A DNA stretch of 46,489 nucleotides from Nitrospirota bacterium (GTDB taxonomy: Bacteria > JACPQY01), in assembly GCA_016180645.1 (NCBI GenBank), contig JACPAV010000010.1, forward strand, positions 62,001 to 108,489, read 5' to 3'. Below, in pieces: positions 27,761-35,938 of the stretch (position 1 is the stretch's first letter; each line of letters starts with the position of its first letter). Made by a program: the position numbers and the translations under genes. Under the pieces are notes generated by a model. It saw nothing but the letters and a program-made list of their open reading frames with translations, did not search any database and was not told the DNA's origin.

Positions 27761-29085
27761 AGTCGGGGGAGCACCTGGGTTTTCAGATAGGTGAGGGCTT
27801 CATCCCGGGAGCGGAGGCGACCCTCGAGCTGGGCGGTCTCCACCTCTTCCAGAATGTCCTTGAAATTCGGCCCCGGCTCAAGGCCGATGGAGATGAGATC
27901 GTCGCCGGTGAGCAGCCGCGGCGGGCGGATTTCTTCTTCACCGAATTCCGCCAACTTCGCTTTGCAGAACTCGTGCATGGACAGGTCGCCATGACAAGCG
28001 AGGCAGTCGATCCGATGCAATTCGAGGTGTTCGGTGAAATTGTCCATTCGCAGGAAGCGTTTCAGAGTACTCTCGCGCATGTTCTTTGCATCCTTGAACC
28101 GGAGGTGCTGGGCGACGAGATCGCAGATCTTCTCCCGCTCGTCGTTGGGAAACTTGAGTCGCCTCAGGATCTGGTCGGCCATTCGAGCGCCCACCTCCGT
28201 ATGCCCGTCGAACCGAATTCGTTCCTTCACCTTGAAGGTGGGGGGTTTGCCCACGTCGTGCAGCAGGGCCCCGAAGGCGAGCGTTGCCGACGGCTCCTTC
28301 AGTTGTCGAAGGAGGAGGAGCGTGTGGGTGTAGACATCCCCTTCAGGATGAAATTCCGGAGGCTGTTCGACGCCGATCATGGTTTCCACTTCGGGCAGAA
28401 CATAGTGTAGCACGCCGAAGTCCCGCATCAATTCGACGGCGGTCGCCGCCGGACCGTGCGTCATCATCTTGACGAGTTCGTCGCGGAGGCGCTCGGCGCT
28501 GACGTCCACACTGAGAGCCGCAAGCTCGCGCACGGCGGCGGCCGTTTCAGGATGAATGTCGAATCCCAGCCGGGCGGCGAACCGGAGAGCCCGCATGATC
28601 CGGAGGCGGTCCTCACGGAGACGCCCGCGCGCATCACCGATGGCGCGGATACATTTTGTATGGAGGTCCTTCTCGCCGCCGACAAAATCGTGAATCTTCT
28701 TCCCAATCGGATCGTAAAAAAGCCCGTTGATGGTGAAGTCCCGGCGGGAGGCATCCTCGCGGGGGTCCTGGGAGTAGTTCACGGCGTCCGGATGCCGTCC
28801 GTCCGCATAGGCTTCGTCTTTTCGGAACGTGGCGACCTCGTATTCGCCGTCCTCCTGGAGAACGAGGATGACGCCGAACTGTGCGCCGACCGGCACGGTG
28901 CGTTCAAACAGCTTCATGATCTCATCCGGCGTGGCCGACGTGGCGATGTCGTACTGCTTGGGTTCGGTGATCGGAAGACCGAGGAGTTGGTCGCGGACGC
29001 ATCCTCCCACGAGCAGGGCTTGATGCCCCTTTTCGCGCAATCGGCGGAGGATGCGGGAGGCGCCCTCGGGTATGCGATCAAGCAT
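27757..29085 (-). CDS. CCA tRNA nucleotidyltransferase / poly(A) polymerase family with HD domain
   Basis: VGGCVRD, YDIAT, EVATFR, RRDFTIN, EDRLRIMRALRF, HPEGDV..H, LLHDVGKP; start uncertain (29085-29190). Confidence 0.92.
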   Translation of the reverse strand: MLDRIPEGASRILRRLREKGHQALLVGGCVRDQLLGLPITEPKQYDIATSATPDEIMKLFERTVPVGAQFGVILVLQEDGEYEVATFRKDEAYADGRHPDAVNYSQDPREDASRRDFTINGLFYDPIGKKIHDFVGGEKDLHTKCIRAIGDARGRLREDRLRIMRALRFAARLGFDIHPETAAAVRELAALSVDVSAERLRDELVKMMTHGPAATAVELMRDFGVLHYVLPEVETMIGVEQPPEFHPEGDVYTHTLLLLRQLKEPSATLAFGALLHDVGKPPTFKVKERIRFDGHTEVGARMADQILRRLKFPNDEREKICDLVAQHLRFKDAKNMRESTLKRFLRMDNFTEHLELHRIDCLACHGDLSMHEFCKAKLAEFGEEEIRPPRLLTGDDLISIGLEPGPNFKDILEEVETAQLEGRLRSRDEALTYLKTQVLPRL

Positions 29086-29188
29086 GGTCGGCATGGTATC
29101 AAATGGCCGCGGGGCACTCAAACTGGACTTCGTGTCACGCACGGAAACGGTTTGACGGGATGGAATCGGGGACGTAATCTCCCCCTTC

Positions 29189-30628
29189 ATGGCGGACTAC
29201 GACCGGCTCTCGGGAATGGACTTTTCGTTTCTCAAGCTGGAAACGGCCAACACCCACATGCACGTCGGGGCGTGTTCCGTCTTCGCGGCCGGTCCGCTTC
29301 GCAAGAAACGGGGAGGCTTGGATGAGGGGCGCCTGACCCGGGCGGTGGAATCGCGACTTCACATGGTCCCTCGATTTCGGCAGAAGCTGGCCTGGATTCC
29401 GGTGGAAGGGCGCCCGGTTTGGGTGGACGACCGCAACTTCAACATTCACTACCACATCCGTTTCACGGCCCTGCCCGCGCCCGGCACCGATGAGCAGTTG
29501 AAGACGCTGGCCGGACGGGTCATGTCCCAGGCCCTCGACCGTTCCAAACCGCTCTGGGAAATGTGGTTCGTGGACGGGCTGAAAGGAAACCGCCTTGCGG
29601 TTATCAACAAGGCCCATCACTGCATGGTGGATGGTATCTCGGGGATCGACCTCGCCTCTGTGCTGATGGAAACTTCGCCGGAACCGGCGCCCGTGCCCGA
29701 CCCCGAGCCGTGGACGCCCCGCACAGAGCCTCGACCGATGAAGCTTCTCGCCGATTACGTGAAAAGGCGCGCGCTGACGCCTGTGGAGACGGCTCGAGGC
29801 CTCAGATCCTTTGTGCGGCAACCGGTCCAAACCATCGAACGCACCCGGAAGAATCTTCGCGCGTTGGGAGCGGCTCTTGCGCCCGGACTCCACCTCCCGC
29901 CCCGGACCCCTTTCAATGCGGCGATCGGTCCGCATCGGAGAATCGAATGGGTCCAAACCGATCTCAACGATTTCAAGGCCATCAAGAACGCTCTGGGTGG
30001 AACGGTCAACGATGCGGTGCTCGGGGTGGTCAGCGGGGCGCTCCGGGGATTCCTGGCCCATCGCGGCGAAAAAATCTCCGGAATTCAGTTGCGGGCGATG
30101 GTCCCGGTGAGCGTTCGTGATGAAAGCGAGCGAGGCACCATGGGGAACCACGTGGCCTCCATGCTCGCGGAACTCCCCGTGGGCGATCCGGATCCGCGCA
30201 AGCGATTGGAGACCGTTCAGCAGGCCATGGGGAAGCAAAAGGAGTCCAAGAATGCGCTGGGGGCGAAAACGATCAGCCGCCTGGCCGAATGGGCATTTCC
30301 CAACCTGGCCGCACAGGCTGCCCGACTGCAGATCGAGAGGCTTCCGTTCAACCTCGTCGTCACCAACGTGCCGGGGCCGCAGTTTCCCCTCTACTTTCAG
30401 GGGGCGGAGCTGAAAGGGGTTTACCCGCTCATGCCGCTCGCCCAGGGGTTGGGTCTCGGTGTGGCGCTGGTCAGCTATAACGGATCGCTATTCTTCGGAC
30501 TCACCGCCGATTGGGACGTCATGCCCGATCTCGCGGTCCTTGCCGATTGCATTCAAGACTCAACGCAGGAACTGCTCGCGGTCGCAACGGGGAAAGCCGG
30601 GTCCACCGAGCGGCATAAGCACCGCTGA
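29189..30628 (+). CDS. Wax ester synthase / diacylglycerol acyltransferase (WS/DGAT)
   Basis: RLSGMD..FL.LE...HMHVG, LDRSKPLWE, catalytic HHCMVDG, TVND, TNVPGP. Confidence 0.95.
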   Translation: MADYDRLSGMDFSFLKLETANTHMHVGACSVFAAGPLRKKRGGLDEGRLTRAVESRLHMVPRFRQKLAWIPVEGRPVWVDDRNFNIHYHIRFTALPAPGTDEQLKTLAGRVMSQALDRSKPLWEMWFVDGLKGNRLAVINKAHHCMVDGISGIDLASVLMETSPEPAPVPDPEPWTPRTEPRPMKLLADYVKRRALTPVETARGLRSFVRQPVQTIERTRKNLRALGAALAPGLHLPPRTPFNAAIGPHRRIEWVQTDLNDFKAIKNALGGTVNDAVLGVVSGALRGFLAHRGEKISGIQLRAMVPVSVRDESERGTMGNHVASMLAELPVGDPDPRKRLETVQQAMGKQKESKNALGAKTISRLAEWAFPNLAAQAARLQIERLPFNLVVTNVPGPQFPLYFQGAELKGVYPLMPLAQGLGLGVALVSYNGSLFFGLTADWDVMPDLAVLADCIQDSTQELLAVATGKAGSTERHKHR

Positions 30629-31507
30629 ATGAGGGTCCTCATTCTGGGCGGGCGCGGCCAGCTCGGCACCGCGCTGACCGATCTTCTGAAAGAGCGGGAA
30701 AATGGAAACTGCCACTCCGCGACTTCCGCCGAAGCCGATCTCCGAAAACCTGAAACCCTAAGGGACACGGTTGGCCGGTTCAGACCGGACGTCGTGATCA
30801 ACACGGCGGCGTACAATTTTGTGGATCGCGCGGAGCAGGAGGTCAGGGAGGCTTTCATGACGAATGCCGTGGGCGTGCGCGAACTGGCGGTTGTATGCCG
30901 CGACGCGGGCGCCGTATTGATCCATTGCAGTACCAATTACGTCTTCGACGGACGCAAAAAAACGCCCTACGGAGAGTCGGACGCTCCGAACCCTTTATGC
31001 GTCTACGGGCTCTCCAAACTGGCGGGCGAAGTCATGGTGGCGCGGACGTGGGAAAAGCATTTCATCGTTCGATCAAGCGGGTTGTACGGCACGGCCCGCT
31101 CCGACCGCATCAAGAAGAACTTTGTCGAACAAATGTTGGCCCGGACCGGGGAGCAGGCCGAAGTACGGGTTGTGCGGGACCAACGGTGCACCCCCACCTA
31201 CTGCCGTGATCTGGCGGGGGCGTTGCTCCGCCTGGCTGCATCCCGCCGATACGGGCTCTATCACATTACGAACGGTGGTGCTTGCTCGTGGGCCGAATTT
31301 GCCCGGGAAATCTTCCGGCAATCGGGAAAAAAGATTCGCGTGAAGGGAGTTCTGACCGCTGCTTTCCCGACCGCGGCTGAACGGCCCCGCAATACGGTTC
31401 TCGCCAATAGAAATTTCAGACGAGCGGGGTTCACGCCCTTGAGGGATTGGCAGGCGGCGCTGGCGGACTATCTGAAAAATCGTCCGAGCGGGTCCACTCA
31501 GACGTAG
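30629..31507 (+). CDS. rfbD: dTDP-4-dehydrorhamnose reductase
   Basis: GGRGQLG, NTAAY..VD.AE, STNYVFDG, YGLSKLAGE, DQRCTPT, RP. Confidence 0.93.
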   Translation: MRVLILGGRGQLGTALTDLLKERENGNCHSATSAEADLRKPETLRDTVGRFRPDVVINTAAYNFVDRAEQEVREAFMTNAVGVRELAVVCRDAGAVLIHCSTNYVFDGRKKTPYGESDAPNPLCVYGLSKLAGEVMVARTWEKHFIVRSSGLYGTARSDRIKKNFVEQMLARTGEQAEVRVVRDQRCTPTYCRDLAGALLRLAASRRYGLYHITNGGACSWAEFAREIFRQSGKKIRVKGVLTAAFPTAAERPRNTVLANRNFRRAGFTPLRDWQAALADYLKNRPSGSTQT

Positions 31508-32709
31508 CCAATTCGGGTCACGAACCGCATCGGGCAGAATTCAAAGCAGCCTTCGGGATCGAGCGCCTTCAGGGCAAGCGAGAAATCCAATTTTCGGCGC
31601 ATCCCGCGCGTGCGCTTCTCCCGGCCGCAGACCACAAATACCGGAATCCCACGGGCGCGTGCCCGTCGTGCGATGGCGAGGGTTCCGACCTTGTTCACGA
31701 TTCCTTGTCCGGGCACGACGGCATCTGCCCCAACAAGGACCACATCCACTTTGCGGAGAGCGGCATCGACGTCCGTATCCGCAACACGGTGGACCTCGAT
31801 TGCTTCTGCGTGGAGCATCGCTTGTGTTCGACGCCCCTCGCCCAGGGGATACGAATCCGTGGCGAAGACGTGCGATGGCCGGAGATAGCGGAGGGCGGAG
31901 AGAACGGTCGACGAGTAACTGTGAGTCAGGATGGCGCCGGCTCGGGCGAGACCAGGGGGGAACCCAATTGCGGCGCGACTTGGAGCTTCGAGCGAAATCG
32001 GTACCCGACGCCTGTCATTCGCAGGCCTAAAGCCTGCGCCTACCGCGGATTCAGTTTCTAGGTAGCCGCGGGCTTTAGCCCGCGCCGCTCGGTGGGCAGC
32101 CGCTCCGATTCCGGGCATGAGCGGCCGGGCCGCAGCGAGGGTGACCGCAGCCATTTGCCGACATGCCAGGTGCTTTCCTGGAATCCCGCCGATGAGCGTG
32201 CTTGCCTCGTGCGCCAATTCCGCCGCGCCGTGGCTCCGATCATGGGCCAGCCGTCGAACCCCACGGAAGATCTTCCGGTCCAGACCACGGGGAACGCCGG
32301 AGTAGGGCGGAAAGACTCGCCTGAATCCATCCACGAATCGAGGTGGAGTCCTGAGTGACTCCAATTCACGAGGCCGCACCCATCGGTACCCGATGTTCTC
32401 TGAATTCAGTCGAACGCGACGGGTGCTCGTCCGGAACAAGTAGGGCGTGATGACCCAATTCACTCCAAAGGAATTGTCTCGCGCCGTCATGGGCCGTCCC
32501 TTTTGCACGAGAGTCAAATCGTCCGCTGTCAGCCCGGTTTCCTCGTAGATCTCCACGTAGACTTGGACGTCCTCCGGGAATTCGACCGTTCCGCTGACGC
32601 CCGCCCAATAGCCCGGGTACGTTCCGATCCGGCGGCTTCGTTGGAGAACAAGGATCCTCCCCCGGTTCTCCAGGAAGGCGGTTACCACGCGCTGGTTCCG
32701 GAATTTCAT
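31498..32709 (-). CDS. Nudix hydrolase / eIF-2B (sugar-phosphate isomerase-like) fusion protein
   Basis: N-terminal VVTAFL...RS....YPGYWAGVSG...EIYEETGL; C-terminal DRSHGAAELA, THSYSSTV, SYPLGEG, VGADAV, VNKVGT. Confidence 0.82.
   Translation of the reverse strand: MKFRNQRVVTAFLENRGRILVLQRSRRIGTYPGYWAGVSGTVEFPEDVQVYVEIYEETGLTADDLTLVQKGRPMTARDNSFGVNWVITPYLFRTSTRRVRLNSENIGYRWVRPRELESLRTPPRFVDGFRRVFPPYSGVPRGLDRKIFRGVRRLAHDRSHGAAELAHEASTLIGGIPGKHLACRQMAAVTLAAARPLMPGIGAAAHRAARAKARGYLETESAVGAGFRPANDRRRVPISLEAPSRAAIGFPPGLARAGAILTHSYSSTVLSALRYLRPSHVFATDSYPLGEGRRTQAMLHAEAIEVHRVADTDVDAALRKVDVVLVGADAVVPGQGIVNKVGTLAIARRARARGIPVFVVCGREKRTRGMRRKLDFSLALKALDPEGCFEFCPMRFVTRIGYV
32020..32084. repeat. Two GTAG-type REP hairpins inside a CDS
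   Basis: CGCAGGC-CTAAA-GCCTGCG-CCTACC (32020-32044) and GGTAG-CCGCGGGC-TTTA-GCCCGCG (32061-32084). Confidence 0.8.
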
Positions 32710-32754
32710 CGGTGATTCGTGTCCAAATGACGGCCCCTACTGTACAATGCCCCG

Positions 32755-33555
32755 ATGGCTTCGGGAAACGGCGTTCTCCCTTCCATGGTCCGCACGAGGC
32801 TGATCAGGCCTCTCAATGAGAATCTCGCCGGTCTGGGTGGGTACGTGATGCTTCTCTCCAGCGTTCTCCGCCTGACCGTCAAGCGACCGTTCCGGTTTCG
32901 CCTCCTCCTCCAGCACATGGAATTCATCGGCGTGCAATCCTGGTTCATCATTCTCCTCACGGGAACGTTTACCGGAATGGTGTTCGCCCTCCAAACCTAC
33001 AAGGGATTCGCAAAGTTCGGGAGCGAGGCGCTGGTCGGCGCGATTTCCATGCTGGCCATGACGCGCGAGCTGTCGCCGGTGTTCACGGCGGTCATGATCA
33101 CCGCGCGGGCCGGCTCGGCGATGGCGGCGGAACTGGGGACGATGCGTGTGACCGAGCAGATCGACGCCCTCCACACGATGGCGGTCAATCCCGTCCACTA
33201 CCTGCTCGTCCCGCGCATTCTGGCCACCACCCTCATGGCCCCCTTTCTGACCGTCCTGTTCGATTTTGTCGGAGCGATCGGATGTTATTTTGTCGCCGTC
33301 ATGCTGTTGGGGATCGATCCGGGCGACTTCACGGGACGCATTCTCGAAGTGGTGAAAGTCGGCGACGTGTTTCAAGGTCTTTTCAAAGGGCTCATCTTTG
33401 GATTCCTCCTGAGCTCGATCGGATGCTACAAGGGGTTTCATTCGGAGGGGGGAGCGAAGGGCGTGGGCAATGCGACCGTGCAAGGGGTCGTGCTCGCCTG
33501 CATTACGATCCTTGTCGGCGACTACTTTCTGACTGCGCTCATGTTCAGGGCGTGA
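32755..33555 (+). CDS. mlaE: Mla/MCE ABC transporter permease
   Basis: RELSPV.TA....RAGSAMAAELGTMRVTEQIDAL..MAVNP..YL.VPR, GGAKGVG.AT. Confidence 0.95.
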   Translation: MASGNGVLPSMVRTRLIRPLNENLAGLGGYVMLLSSVLRLTVKRPFRFRLLLQHMEFIGVQSWFIILLTGTFTGMVFALQTYKGFAKFGSEALVGAISMLAMTRELSPVFTAVMITARAGSAMAAELGTMRVTEQIDALHTMAVNPVHYLLVPRILATTLMAPFLTVLFDFVGAIGCYFVAVMLLGIDPGDFTGRILEVVKVGDVFQGLFKGLIFGFLLSSIGCYKGFHSEGGAKGVGNATVQGVVLACITILVGDYFLTALMFRA

Positions 33556-33658
33556 TACTATGCGGTCGGCAATTGGGAGTGCATGCTATTGAGGCGACCG
33601 CAAGTACTACGAGGATGAAGAATAGAACAACAAGGAGCTCGTTAGTAAAATCACACGA

Positions 33659-34411
33659 ATGGCCTTCGTCGAAATCCGCGACCTGACCAAGAGTTTTCAC
33701 GCTCACACCGTGCTGAAGGGCGTCAACCTGGACATTGAGAAAGGGAAGACGACGGTGATCCTCGGCCAGAGCGGATGCGGCAAGAGCGTATTGGTCAAGC
33801 ACATCATCGGACTGCTCAAACCGGAGCGTGGAAAGGTTCGCGTGGATGGCCACGATGTGACCACCTGTTCGGAAAAAGAAATGACCGAGGTGCTCAAGCG
33901 GTTTGGAATGCTGTTCCAATTCGCAGCCCTCTTCGACTCCCTTACGGTGGCGGAAAACGTCGGCTTTGCACTCAAGGAGCACACGACCATGGGAGTCGAA
34001 GAGATCGAAAAGATCGTGGCAAAGAAGCTGGCCCAAGTGGGGCTCAAGGGCGTTGAAGATCTGTTTCCGGCGGAACTTTCGGGCGGCATGCGCAAGCGGG
34101 TGGGGTTGGCCCGGGCGCTCTCCATGGACCCGGACATCGTGATTTTCGACGAGCCGACATCGGGTCTCGATCCCATCACGTCGGCCAACATCGATGAGCT
34201 GATCCGCTCCGTGCAGAAGGAGCTTGGGCTGACGGCGATTGTGATCACCCACGACGTGGCTTCGAGCTACGGCATCGGCGACCACATAGCGCTCCTGCAT
34301 GAAGGCCGGGTCGTTGAACAAGGCACACCCAAAGATATTCAGCATTCGCCGAACCCCATCGTGCAGCAGTTCATTCATCGGCGCGTCGAGGGTCCCATCC
34401 AGATCCACTGA
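33659..34411 (+). CDS. mlaF: Mla/MCE ABC transporter ATPase
   Basis: GQSGCGKS, FQFAALFDSLTVAENV, ELSGGMRKRVGLARA, DEPTSGLDP, ITHD. Confidence 0.95.
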   Translation: MAFVEIRDLTKSFHAHTVLKGVNLDIEKGKTTVILGQSGCGKSVLVKHIIGLLKPERGKVRVDGHDVTTCSEKEMTEVLKRFGMLFQFAALFDSLTVAENVGFALKEHTTMGVEEIEKIVAKKLAQVGLKGVEDLFPAELSGGMRKRVGLARALSMDPDIVIFDEPTSGLDPITSANIDELIRSVQKELGLTAIVITHDVASSYGIGDHIALLHEGRVVEQGTPKDIQHSPNPIVQQFIHRRVEGPIQIH

Positions 34412-34417
34412 TCCATC

Positions 34418-35935
34418 ATGAGCACACCCGTTCGAGTCGGAATCTTCGTCGCTCTCCTCCTTGGGGTGCTTCTGTGGGGGACACTCAAACTGACCGGCGA
34501 GCGCGGGATCATGGGCGGGGGCTATCGGGTAAGCTTGGTTCTCGAGTCCGCCGAGGGACTGAGAGCGGGTGGTTTCGTCCGGATGGCGGGTGTTCCGATC
34601 GGGCAGGTGGAGTCCATCGAACTGGAGGGGACGAGCGCGCGAATCCACGTCCGAATCAAGGGCGACGTGCGACTCAGGGAAGATTGCCAGGTGACGGCGA
34701 AGACGACGGGAATCCTGGGCGATCGATTTCTCGACATCAGGGGGTGTACCGATGCAGCTCCCGAAATTCAGGACGGAGGGGAGATCAAACGCATCGGGGT
34801 GTCTACGAGCCTCGATGAGATCACGTCCAAGCTGTCCGGGATTGCGGAGAACATCAAGTCGGTCACCGACGCCCTGAGCAGCGTTCTCGGTGGCAAGAAG
34901 GGGGAGGAGCAGTTCGGCGCCATGGTGGAGGACCTCCGTGGCACGATCCACAGCGTGCGACAGATTGTGGAGGAGAACCGCGGCGATTTCAGCCGGAGCA
35001 TGGCCAATTTCAGGAAGATTTCGGAAAGCCTCGGGGAGTCGGCCCCGGTGATTGCCGACAAGCTTGAGCATGCGGCAGAGGATATTCAGGAGTTTGTGAA
35101 GAACAACCGTGGCCGCCTGGAAAAGGACCTGGAACAGTTCGACAAGATGGTGGCGGAATTGTCCGAGTCGGCCAAGAGCCTGAGAAACATCACGGAAAAG
35201 ATTGACAAGGGAGAGGGGACGCTCGGAAAGCTGGTGAATGACCCGGCACTGGCGGATTCGCTGACGAAGACCATCGGGGATGTGCAGGGCGCCGTGGAAA
35301 AGATCGGCCAACTCAAGATCGGCGTGGAATATCGCGGCGAGGTGATGATGGCGGACAGGCAGGGGGGGGGATCGGACACGGGCATGAAGAACTACCTTTC
35401 CGTTCGCGCCCAGCCGAGGCCGGACAAATACTTTCGATTCGGCGTGGTGGTGGACCCGCTCGCCGCCGAGATCGATCGGAGCCGGGAGTACGATGCGACC
35501 GGCGCCGTCCGATTGGATGACAAGGGGAACCGCGTGGAGGCCGTAACGGCGTCCTCCAAAGACATCAGATTCTCGGTGGAAATCGCCAAGCGATACAGTT
35601 TCCTCACTCTTCGTGGAGGGCTTCTTGAGAGCACGGCCGGAGTGGGCATGGACATGCAGTTCTTCCGGGACGCCCTCATGTTTTCAGCCGAAGGATTCGA
35701 CTTTGCCCGCGATGCCCGTCCACATCTCAAAGTACGAGCGGAATACACCTTTCTCCGGTACATCACGGCCAACGTGGGGTACGACGACCCCCTCTACCGG
35801 CCGGACACGCAGGAGAGAAACATATTGTTTGAGGAGTTCGGCGCGCGCCGGAGGCCGAGTGTGTTCTTTGGTGGGGGCATGCGATTTACAGATGAGGATC
35901 TGAAAACTCTCCTGCCCTTCATTCCAGGCTTGTAG
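34418..35935 (+). CDS. mlaD: Long MlaD/MCE protein with helical stalk and C-terminal beta-rich domain
   Basis: N-terminal TM, AEGL..G..VRMAGVPIG.V MCE domain, GILGDRFL, heptad region, GEGTLGKLVND, amphipathic strands. Confidence 0.88.
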   Translation: MSTPVRVGIFVALLLGVLLWGTLKLTGERGIMGGGYRVSLVLESAEGLRAGGFVRMAGVPIGQVESIELEGTSARIHVRIKGDVRLREDCQVTAKTTGILGDRFLDIRGCTDAAPEIQDGGEIKRIGVSTSLDEITSKLSGIAENIKSVTDALSSVLGGKKGEEQFGAMVEDLRGTIHSVRQIVEENRGDFSRSMANFRKISESLGESAPVIADKLEHAAEDIQEFVKNNRGRLEKDLEQFDKMVAELSESAKSLRNITEKIDKGEGTLGKLVNDPALADSLTKTIGDVQGAVEKIGQLKIGVEYRGEVMMADRQGGGSDTGMKNYLSVRAQPRPDKYFRFGVVVDPLAAEIDRSREYDATGAVRLDDKGNRVEAVTASSKDIRFSVEIAKRYSFLTLRGGLLESTAGVGMDMQFFRDALMFSAEGFDFARDARPHLKVRAEYTFLRYITANVGYDDPLYRPDTQERNILFEEFGARRRPSVFFGGGMRFTDEDLKTLLPFIPGL

Positions 35936-35938
35936 GAT

